This document shows positions 9,336 through 18,039 of a stretch of 32,000 nt of DNA, in pieces. Position 1 is the first letter of the stretch; every line of letters starts with the position of its first letter. The translations under genes were made by a program, and so were the position numbers. The stretch is from Mycobacterium leprae TN (GTDB taxonomy: Bacteria; Actinomycetota; Actinomycetes; Mycobacteriales; Mycobacteriaceae): the NCBI RefSeq assembly GCF_000195855.1, contig NC_002677.1:2550001-2582000 (forward strand), read 5' to 3'. The notes under the pieces were generated by a model, which saw only the letters and a program-made list of their open reading frames with translations, was not told the origin of the DNA and did no database searches.

Positions 9336-10985
9336 ATGACCGACGGGCCGTTGATAGTGCAGTCCGATAAAACGGTGCTGCTCGAAGTGAACCATAAGCT
9401 AGCCGATGCGGCACGTGCAGCCATAGCACCGTTCGCCGAGCTGGAACGCGCACCCGAACACGTACACACCTACCGCATCACACCACTAGCGTTGTGGAAC
9501 GCCCGCGCCGCAGGTCATGACGCCGAACAAGTCGTCGACACGTTGATCAGTCATGCGCGCTACGCAGTGCCACAGCCTCTGCTGGTCGACATCGTCGACA
9601 CCATGGCCCGCTATGGGCGGCTGCAACTGGTCAAGAATCCCGCCCACGGCCTGACGCTGGTAAGCCTGGATCGCACGGTACTGGAGGAGGTGTTACATAA
9701 CAAGAAGATCGCACCGATGGTGGGCGGCCGCATCGACGACGACACAGTCGTCGTCCATCCCAGCGAACGTGGCCGGATCAAACAGCTTTTGCTTAAGATC
9801 GGTTGGCCCGCAGAGGATCTCGCTGGTTACGTGGATGGTGAGGCGCACCCGATTATCCTGCATCAGGACGGTTGGCAGCTGCGCGATTACCAGCGGCTAG
9901 CAGCCGATTCATTCTGGTCTGGCGGCTCCGGGGTGGTAGTGCTGCCATGTGGCGCTGGCAAAACGCTAGTGGGGGCGGCCGCGATGGCGAAAACCGGTGC
10001 GACGACGCTCATTTTAGTCACCAACATCGTGGTTGCCCGACAGTGGAAACGCGAGTTGATCACGCACACCTCGCTGACCGAGGACGAGATCGGCGAATAC
10101 TCCGGAGAGCGCAAGGAAATCCGACCGGTGACCATCTCGACCTACCAGATGATCACCCACCGCACCAAAGGAGAGTATCGTCATCTGGAACTCTTCAATA
10201 GCCGCGACTGGGGCCTGATCATCTACGACGAGGTGCATCTGTTGCCCGCACCGGTGTTCCGGATGACCGCTGACCTGCAGTCCAAGCGGCGGCTGGGCCT
10301 GACCGCCACGTTGATCCGCGAAGACGGCCGCGAAGGTGACGTGTTTTCCCTGATCGGCCCGAAACGCTATGACACGCCGTGGAAGGACCTTGAGGAACAA
10401 GGCTGGATCGCGCCAGCAAAGTGCGTCGAAGTCCGGGTCACGTTGACGAATAACGAAAGGATGACCTACGCCACAGCCGAACCCGAAGAACGCTACCGTG
10501 TCTGCTCGACAGCGCATTCGAAGATTGCAGTGGTTAAGTCGGTGCTGAGCCGACACCCCGGCGAGCAAACCCTCGTGATCGGTGCCTACCTGGATCAGCT
10601 CAACGAACTTGGTTCCGAGCTCAACGCTCCAATCATTCAAGGATCAACGAGAACCAAAGAACGCGAAGCGCTATTCGACGCTTTCCGCCGCGGTGAAGTC
10701 TTCACACTGGTGGTCTCCAAGGTTGCCAACTTCTCCATAGATTTGCCGGAAGCCGCTGTTGCGGTACAAGTTTCGGGAACTTTTGGCTCACGTCAAGAGG
10801 AAGCGCAGCGGCTGGGCCGGTTGCTGCGACCTAAGGCCGACGGCGGTGGAGCGATCTTCTACTCCGTGGTTGCCCGCGACAGCCTGGACGCCGAATACGC
10901 CGCACACCGGCAGCGATTCTTAGCCGAGCAAGGCTACAGCTACATCATCCGCGACGCCGACGACCTGCTGGGCCCGGCGATCTAG
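9336..10985 (+). CDS. ercc3: XPB/ERCC3(Rad25)-type superfamily-2 DNA helicase, 549 aa
   Basis: Walker A is 'VVLPCGAGKTLVG' and the DEAH-type box is 'LIIYDEVHLLPA'. Also present are 'GLTATLIRED' (motif III) and the C-terminal helicase motifs 'VSKVANFSIDLPEAAVAVQVSGTFGSRQEEAQRLGRLLR'. GAAGGAG lies 8 nt upstream of the ATG. Confidence 0.95.
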   Translation: MTDGPLIVQSDKTVLLEVNHKLADAARAAIAPFAELERAPEHVHTYRITPLALWNARAAGHDAEQVVDTLISHARYAVPQPLLVDIVDTMARYGRLQLVKNPAHGLTLVSLDRTVLEEVLHNKKIAPMVGGRIDDDTVVVHPSERGRIKQLLLKIGWPAEDLAGYVDGEAHPIILHQDGWQLRDYQRLAADSFWSGGSGVVVLPCGAGKTLVGAAAMAKTGATTLILVTNIVVARQWKRELITHTSLTEDEIGEYSGERKEIRPVTISTYQMITHRTKGEYRHLELFNSRDWGLIIYDEVHLLPAPVFRMTADLQSKRRLGLTATLIREDGREGDVFSLIGPKRYDTPWKDLEEQGWIAPAKCVEVRVTLTNNERMTYATAEPEERYRVCSTAHSKIAVVKSVLSRHPGEQTLVIGAYLDQLNELGSELNAPIIQGSTRTKEREALFDAFRRGEVFTLVVSKVANFSIDLPEAAVAVQVSGTFGSRQEEAQRLGRLLRPKADGGGAIFYSVVARDSLDAEYAAHRQRFLAEQGYSYIIRDADDLLGPAI

Positions 10986-11001
10986 CCTGACAGAGTGATC
11001 G

Positions 11002-11875
11002 CTAACGAGATTTCATGCATGCCGTACACTTGGACCAGACCAACACGCGAATTGCCGGACACCTGACGCTCGCCCGCCTTGCCTCGCAGCTTGACGCTAC
11101 CAGCTCGCTAGTTTTTCTTGCTCGCCGTCGGCGCACAGGACCGTCTCGTCCATTTGAATGACCTCGGGCGCCGGCACTGATGTCCTGCAACTGGGCGAAG
11201 TCGATGTCCTCAGGTCCGATGCCTGCCGTCCCCGGTAGACAGCCTTAGCAATCGTACACCTCTTAGGCGAAGCGTCTTCGACTAACGGGGCAAAAGTGGC
11301 ATGCACCTCGTAGGCGCCATAACGCCGGGTGCGGATCTCGGTAACATGCACATGCACCGTTTTGTCGGTGAACTTGTGCGCGATATCGCCAAGGCACACG
11401 ATCACGGCGAAGGCACCCTTATTGAGCGCACAGAACATGCATTGCGTTAAGGATCTCGTCCTTAAGAATCGGCTTGCGACGGAACACATTCGTATTCAGT
11501 GCGCCGTTGCAGTAGTTCTTAGCAGCGACTTTAGCCAGCGTGGCTTGGGAAATGTTGTGACTTGTTGGCCTTCATGCCGAAGAACTTGGTGGTGACGAAC
11601 TGTCCTTTCTGCACGTACCACTGCGGCAGCCCAACTTAGCGGGATCGTCAGCGAAGGCTCCGCGAGGTACGTTTCCAGGCCTACAATGACGCCGATGTCG
11701 TACTTGCCCAACCGAATAGTGTCAACGTCCTGTTGAATGGCGCTGGCTGCTGTGGCGCACGCTCGTCACCCCGCGTCCGTCAGCGTGGATTGGACGTAAC
11801 CCATCTGCATCGCGTCTTATCGAACCTCCCAAAAGGATGCAGACCCACCCCAACGGTAGCTACATCATTAGTCAT
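11002..11875 (-). pseudogene. SCP-x/lipid-transfer-protein-type thiolase (ltp-like) pseudogene, shortened and frameshifted
   Basis: 'MTNDVATVGVGLHPFGRFDKT' is a thiolase-like N-terminus. 'VTTKFFGMKANKSHNISQATLAKVAAKNYCNGALNTNVFRRKPILKDEILNAMHV' and 'GIGPEDIDFAQLQD..MDETVLCADGEQEKL' sit in different frames. At ~0.9 kb the remnant is too short for a ~390-aa thiolase. Confidence 0.55.
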
Positions 11876-12290
11876 CTCCAGCTCCGACCGGAGCTAACAC
11901 GTACGTGAGGATTTCTTTGCTGCCTTCGTCATTGGTGAGCGACACCATGGTGGGCTCGACCTCCTGGCGAACTGCAACTTGACCGGGTCGTTCTCGATCA
12001 GCCGATCCTCGACCGGGGTCACGTCGCCCAGCGGGACCAGGCCTATGCCGACTGGCACGAAATGCGTGCCAGTCGGGCCGGCATAACGGCGATCCGATCA
12101 GGAAACCCTGGATGGTCCACGCCACCACAGTCCCACCGGCGCAGCAACAACAACTCGCTAATCTGTCCGCCACAGCCACCTCGGCTGTGCAAGAAAGGTG
12201 GTGGCACCACAGTCACCGTATTGACCGTCGATCAACTGCCGATTTTCGGCATACCAGGTAGAGATCTCGGGGACAAGCGTCTTCTACAGA
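11868..12290 (-). pseudogene. DUF35/OB-fold (thiolase-associated) protein pseudogene
   Basis: Its stop overlaps the thiolase ATG (ATGACTAA), the usual DUF35-ltp pairing. A degenerate zinc-ribbon region reads 'YGDCGATTFLAQPR'. 'GGTVVAWTIQGF' and 'LVPLGDVTPVEDRLIENDPVKLQF' are OB-fold-like. The remnant is frameshifted. Confidence 0.4.
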
Positions 12291-12743
12291 AGAAAACACG
12301 CTCACTGAGAAGTACAACAGCGTTACACAAAAAAAACGGAAGTTGAATTCTTATTGCCGTAACCCGCATGCTCCGGCTGCCGTCCCGGCGCACCGCACCG
12401 CACCGACTAATAGGTCACCCCCACAAATTATGGATATCACTTTCCTAGTTCTGTGTGATGCCCTCCGCGCAATACCCATGTGGCATGCGAGACTGATGAA
12501 GCAACCGCACAACGACAGCTACCTTGAAATCGCAGTTGCAACTCATAGAGATAACCATGTAAATTACAGTGCTATTAGAACTGAAATTCAAGCTGTGAAG
12601 GGGTGCAAGCCACCAGCGACGTCATAGGCTGGGTGCTATGGGGACACCCAAGCTTTCGACGGGAACCTCAGCACTGACATGCTCGTCAATCAATACAACG
12701 AAACGCACCGGATCATCTACGAATTCTGGGACACAGTTGAGCA

Positions 12744-12992
12744 ATGCTAAGCATAGCACAGATTTCGTGCCAACGAAGGTCGGGCGAAGTTGCCTTCATT
12801 ACTGGCCGCACCTCCGGTCAAAACGAGGTACATCACGACCAATATTTAGCTCAACGCGGGCACCACTTAGCCAGAAAGCTGAAGTTCAAAGGTAGTTTCG
12901 TTGTATGCAGTCAGCAGCAATTTTGGTTTAGAGAAGGCTGTGTAGCCGTGCAGACCGACGGTTTTAAGTGTGAACGCCTCGGAGATCGATAG
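12744..12992 (+). pseudogene. N-terminal fragment of a short-chain dehydrogenase (carveol-dehydrogenase-like SDR)
   Basis: 'GEVAFITGRTSGQNEVHHDQYLAQRGHHLA' compares with the remembered family N-terminus '[30 protein letters not shown]'. Only about 80 codons remain. The 3' part overlaps the antisense P450 C-terminus, so the extent is uncertain. Confidence 0.3.
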
Positions 12993-14500
12993 GCAGTACC
13001 CGGGTCGGCTCTAGATAGTATGTATTGATGCACGATCATCGTCAACTCCAACGCCATTTCGTGGAGGGCGAATCGGCGACCGATGCAGGTGCGGAGCCCG
13101 GTCCCAAAGAGGATTTATAGGTATACGGGGCAGCTTCCTGCAAATTTCCGGCAAGACTCGGTCGGGGTTGAATTCGTTAGCATCGGGCCCCCAGGCATCG
13201 GCGCGGTTAACAGGACGATCACCCATTGGCCTTTGTGGAAAAGAGATGTGCCGTTTCCGAGAGTGGTGTCACGGCGAGCCTGGCGCAAGTAGCAGGGCAC
13301 CACCAGACCACAGCCGCAAAGTTGCGTCGACGACACGACGTAAGCATCGCAGTTTAACGACATCGCCGAACAATACGATACGTTGGCGATACCACGATCT
13401 GACCGGTTTTGGTAGATTTCGCGGCGGGTTTGGGCGGCGATGTCGTGGTGGATGGAGAGGAGATAGTGCAAGGCGAACGCGATGGCGTTGGCCAATGTTT
13501 GGCTGCCGCTGACTAACAGCGTGAGGATCTGGTTAACAACATTATCAGTGTCGAGTTGCTCGCCGGTGCTGGGATCGGCACTGTACAACATGATGTCGAG
13601 AATGTCGTCGTGCTGACTTGCTGTCGGGTGACGACAGCCGCCAACCTAAATACGAGAAGAGGTATTCGTCGGCGGATGTAGGCATTGTCGTGTGACATGC
13701 TGTTATTGGTATTTTGCCCGAAGAGTTTGTTATAAAACAGTATGGCATTGATGCGGGAGGTAAGTCTGAAGTAGCTGCTTACACGTAACAAATGCGTTGC
13801 TGCTGGGCTCCTCCTGAGTTTGCTGCAGGAGTAGCCCAGTCCGGTACTGGTAATGATTTCGGTGGGGAGCCGGTTAGCTTGGGCAGGGATGTCGATCTAG
13901 AATCGGTCGGCGCTATCGTCGGTAGCCCAGAACTCGATGAATTCACGCACCGCAGTAGCCATGGTGCGGTGGTAAATCACCATAGCTGTTTTGGTAAAGG
14001 CGGGCAATAGAATTGTTGTGAGCCTTGCCCCAGTTGGATTCCTTGTTATAAGCGGGTGAACAGCTCGTCACCCATAAGGAGGCGCAGTTTGCGCATAACG
14101 AGCCCAATATGTTTTCCCACACGGTTTCGTCATTGATCTAGTCAATAACAATGGGGTCAGCCAGCGCGATGATCGACAGGACTGAGATGCGTTGCTCGAC
14201 GATTCCGCTGCCAAGCCTTGCCGAACTGAACGGTCAGTCCTTAGGCAGTTTGGCAAAGCGAATAGTGATCATATCACCAACAATAAACAACTGCAAACGC
14301 TGACATGGAATCGACATGAGGATAACCAGGCCCATACTGACGAACTTACCTTCATCGTATCGAGTCCGGATAGTGTCGATGTGTCCAGTGGCAGCGTAGA
14401 CGGCCGACCACCATTTCGCCAGCTTCAATAGTTTGGGTTGCTTACCCCTCCCAGAGTTGTTGCCCGCTCAGCATTACGTGGGCCTGGCTCAGGCGTGGCG
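12915..14500 (-). pseudogene. cytochrome P450 (CYP102/CYP4-like fatty-acid hydroxylase type) pseudogene
   Basis: The I-helix reads 'ILTLLVSGSQTLANAIAFALHYL'. Other blocks are 'ARRDTTLGNGTSLFHKGQWVIVLL' and 'WGPDANEFNPDRV'. The Cys pocket 'FGTGLRTCIGRRFALHE' is readable at ~13040-13090 in another frame. An in-frame TAG sits at 13011-13013, followed by 'LSISEAFTLKTVG'. The N-terminal part reads 'LKLAKWWSAVYAATGHIDTIRT'. Several frameshifts are present. Confidence 0.7.
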
Positions 14501-14519
14501 CCAGCGGCTTTGTCTCTGA

Positions 14520-15517
14520 CGGCCTAAGCCCAGATGCAGAATCTCGATTGCGGCGTCATGTTCCCAAGCCGGTGCAGCGTTAGAGGAACCTGACTAGATC
14601 GGCCCGGGCTATTTCACTGCAAAAAGGAGCGGCCAAGATGGCGTCACGAATTTCTACTACGGTTTGGTATCGTTGCAGCGTGGTTTTAAGGTGTCGACGG
14701 TCATCGATGTCGAAGTAGAGTGCACATTGTAGGACCGCAGTTACCATACTCTGCCGCAACGGCTACAACTTACGCCAGCTGCGGCTGATCCGATCTAGTC
14801 CCGGGCCGCCAAGTAACTTCATCATGCACGGCACAACACTGACCATGCGGTGCCGAACACCGTCCAGAAATTCATAGACCTGCGGACCCGCAACCTGTAG
14901 TCAGCGGTATCAGTACAGCCAAGTTGGTCGGAAATCTGCAGGAAAACCTCTTGCAGAACGGTCAGTGCAAGCAGTACACCCAGTAGCAGTGTGTTGATGG
15001 TGATGAGGCGTTCGCTGCGCTGGGTGACATTACGCGGCTCAAGCAGAGACTTCCAGAGTAGGTTCAAAAACCTAAGACCACGATCAGGGTCATGCAGAAG
15101 GCCCGGGCGACTACACAATCCCAGCCTCCGGCGGCTTCAAGAAACTTGACGAAGGCCGGAGCGTGGGTGCCACAGATGAGATATGCCGCGCACAGAAACA
15201 GCACGGCCAGGCGATCGTTGCCTCGACGCGTTTTGACCGGCGACAATCCCGTCCACAGCAAGATGAAACCAATAAATTCAGTGATAGCCAAGCCAACACA
15301 ACGCCATATATGTTGCTAGGTATCAGCGGACCATGGACAGTGTGTTATGCACGAGGTGCTCATGCAGCAACTGATCCAATAGCGTAAATGCCATAAGGTT
15401 GTTGAGGTATATGCCATACAGGTTGTTGTTTAACCATCGACAGCGCGTGACGACAATGGTCATCGTAAACATGATCAACGGCCAGGCAATCACACCTGAC
15501 ACTGTCGAACTCATCAA
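14520..15517 (-). pseudogene. multi-pass membrane protein pseudogene, third gene of an XRE/ImmA/membrane triad
   Basis: Hydrophobic segments are split over frames: 'VSGVIAWPLIMFTMTIVV', 'EFIGFILLWTGLSPV', 'LAVLFLCAAYLICG' and 'LLLGVLLALTVLQEVF'. It starts 14 nt after the ImmA-like stop. I did not confidently identify a family; it may be the actinobacterial MAB_1171c-like putative transporter family, named from memory. Confidence 0.4.
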
Positions 15518-15530
15518 TGGATTTCCTGAG

Positions 15531-15998
15531 TCAAGCGCATTGGAAGAAGACGTTGCACATCATCGAAGTTTGCTCGCCGGCTTCGACTGCGGCGATCACC
15601 AGCACATTCGCGAACACTTCAGCGCCACGCTCTTGATCGTCAACAAAAATTTACTCCCCAACACGCTTTGCACTGTAGTGGGATAGATTTCAGGTAGCAG
15701 TTTGCGAAACATCTCGACGTTCGGTGTGCTTTCGATATCGACTTGTCGACCGCCGGAGTGTCCCAATACCATGTGTCCGATTTCGTGACACACGATTTGA
15801 TCGATGTGGTAGTCCGACGTCCCGACTTGGTAAAAGAGCAGGTCTTCAACGCTGGATAACCATAACCCACACTGCTTTTCAGTGGCTGTCAAGATATCGG
15901 TGGGTATTAGCTGGATAGGAAGACCTCTTTAACAGGAGAGTTTCTCCGCTGTTCCAGCGCCCAGGGATCGACAACGTACGTGCTAGAACGAATAGATC
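15531..15998 (-). pseudogene. ImmA/IrrE-family (COG2856) zinc metallopeptidase pseudogene
   Basis: The HEXXH motif reads 'VCHEIGHMVLGH'. The downstream family block 'DDQERGAEVFANVLV' is readable only after a frameshift near 15640. The N-terminal ~35 codons contain stops. Confidence 0.6.
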
Positions 15999-16001
15999 GA
16001 C

Positions 16002-16460
16002 ATTACACATTGCCACCGAAGTAGCTTACCTGGGAAGGTACGACCGGAGGAAGTTGCTCAAGCTGGTGCACATGATCAACCATTGCTGCCAAGCTGTTGC
16101 GGTACTAGGGAGTTAAGCCGGAGGAACACATTGCCAGGTCACATACCCCACTATCACGTAGCACTTATACGAGGTTGGTATTGACATCGATGCATGGATC
16201 GATGTCAAAGTCGATCAGGTAAGACGTTGGGAAACGAAAGAATTCGTCGATAGCGCGATGATGCTGTACGGTCAGGTCGTTTTTGACCCCGGCGTACTGC
16301 TGCGACATGTAGGCCGTGATGATCGATATCCGGTCTGTTTGGTGACTACCGTCGCGGCTACAACTTTAAACAGCGCTACCTCAGCGAGGCTTCGCATTAT
16401 CTTTGAAGAATTTATCGAGCTTCATCGACAGCTCAGATTTTCCTGAAAGGCACTCTGACC
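16002..16460 (-). pseudogene. EspR-like XRE-family HTH regulator pseudogene
   Basis: The concatenated minus-strand frames give three blocks. They are 'LSMKLDKFFKDNAKPR', 'ISIITAYMSQQYAGVKNDLTVQHHRAIDEFFRFPTSYLIDFD' and 'VLRDSGVCDLAMCSSGLTP*YRNSLAAMVDHVHQLEQL'. This follows the EspR pattern, from memory 'LNRLFDTV..MSAPYLSQLRSG..ALANFFRIKAAYFTDD..MRDDGVRRIAQRAHGLP'. Stops and frameshifts are present. Confidence 0.5.
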
Positions 16461-17251
16461 CAACCGTGCTGATCAAATACCTTCTTTCCACATACATTCT
16501 CGCGTTATGCGCAGAAATTATTACACGACCCCGAGGAGCGCAACGCCAAGTTAAGATCAGTAAATGTTGCAAATTGCATAAAATGTAATTATTATCAATG
16601 TGTAGTAGTGCTCACAGCCTTCCCTAAATAGCACCAACCAAGCCTATGGCCACGGCATAGCGGGATCGGTGTCCAAACAGATCGCCGCTCATCAGCCCCG
16701 TATCCAGCCGGCGCACCAGCCTTCATGGTTACCGTTCATGGTCTGGGTCACCACCGAAGGTGACAAGCCGGGCCGTAAACTTCCCCACCCGAATACCGAC
16801 TGTGCCAGATCGACCTTGCCGGACCTAGTCCATGGAACGTTCGGTGCTGGTGTACTAGTCCGCAATCCCGCAATCGCACTCAACCTTCACACTGACAACA
16901 GCATTGCTTATCTCGTGCGACTCATCAATGTCGCTGGCCGCCACCAGTTGCTGATCCGCACCAGAGAAATCCACGAAAAACACTGGCCGCCAAATGATCC
17001 GACCCACAGTGAAGAAGACAGCTTCTACTTGCAACAAATTTGCTACATCGCCAACGTGCTACCAACGACTTACTGATAGCAGCGGTGTAACAGCATAGCG
17101 TTCGCCACCATCGGGAGTGTTTCTTAGCCGCTCCTCACAAAGGATTCAGTGTAGAGTTCTAGTCCGCAGTCACCATCGACGCTCCGGGTTTGGTTGAAGC
17201 GCTGGCTGATGCCGAGGATACGTTGTTGATAGTCAAGGGAGTGAACGAGTG

Positions 17252-17266
17252 GTGGTGGTGGTGGTG
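17252..17266. repeat. (GGT)5 trinucleotide microsatellite, equivalent to (GTG)6 at 17250-17267
   Basis: Direct count in 'gagTGGTGGTGGTGGTGGTGttg'. It lies in non-functional sequence. Confidence 0.9.
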
Positions 17267-17711
17267 TTGTTAGCCTGCCACATATGGCGCCCACACAGAG
17301 ACCGTTTCGCAAGGCAGACAACCAGGCCGAACCCGCGTACCGCAAATCGATAACAAGGACCTAACCTAGTTTCTGACAGCGCTACCATAAATACGATGGA
17401 TGACCATAACCAGCAATAGGAGTGAAACTATTTCAGCTGAAAATCGCCAACAAAAAATCTGTTTAATGCAGGTATTATTCACCTGGTGCTACGACTGCTG
17501 CAACGGCCGTACTACTCGGTCTAGCTTCCTAGAAGCAGAGCTGCAACGTGATGCACGCTCGCACAAGAATTATTGTGCCAGAACGATTCCTAAAATATCT
17601 ACAAACTAGGATGATGACTCACTTCATGCCGCCACCCGGCTTAGTCGCATTTTCCCAGCGCGACGCGCGCAACGTCTACCGAGGACACTCGCAACGCTTT
17701 GATAAAGGGTT

Positions 17712-17745
17712 GCGCTAAGTCCACCCGCGCGGGTGGACTTAGCGC
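17712..17745. repeat. perfect 34-bp palindrome GCGCTAAGTCCACCCGC|GCGGGTGGACTTAGCGC
   Basis: The arms at 17712-17728 and 17729-17745 are exact reverse complements, checked base by base. Function unknown. Confidence 0.9.
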
Positions 17746-18039
17746 TGAGTCCTGGGCCTCTGCTGTCGTCGGATTCGAACCGAATACCAGCCTTGCCGAG
17801 CCGGTAACGCCACGCCAACGCCTTGTCCATGAGGCCAAGCTCGGCCCAGGGCCGTCAGTTCGGCCCACACCAGTACGAAATCCTCCATGGTGCCGGTAGT
17901 GTAAACTGGCATATAACTGAAGCAACTCGCGGGAACCGGTTTAGCCAAGTTTTTCCTGGTTGGTAACGAATTGCTCGCCCCCGTCGATCAGCGGAACCAA
18001 GATGCTGCGCAACAGGGCTTCTCACGAGACATAGATGAC

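Noticed and set aside
12915-12992. A flavodoxin/reductase domain continuing after the P450, as in a CYP102-type fusion; the minus strand reads 'ILVVMYLVLTGGAASNEGNFARPSLA' near 12780-12850
   Set aside because: Resemblance to 'LVLYGSxxGxAEGxA' is loose. The opposite strand gives a much better SDR N-terminal match (GEVAFITG..GQ..H..LAQ.G). The fusion idea was dropped.
16669-17076. A 135-aa plus ORF, and a possible PNPOx/F420-type flavin enzyme remnant on the opposite strand ('GRIIWRPVFFVDFSGADQQLVAASDIDESHEISNAVVSVKVE')
   Set aside because: The pattern resemblance to the PNPOx split-barrel family is suggestive but unsupported by any diagnostic motif. The plus ORF has no recognisable features. 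Both are left unannotated.
17755-17836. An intact tRNA gene on the minus strand
   Set aside because: GGTTCGAATCC is present, but no 7-bp acceptor stem is contiguous with the T-arm, and no D-arm or anticodon arm could be drawn. It is kept only as a 'tRNA-like fragment' finding.
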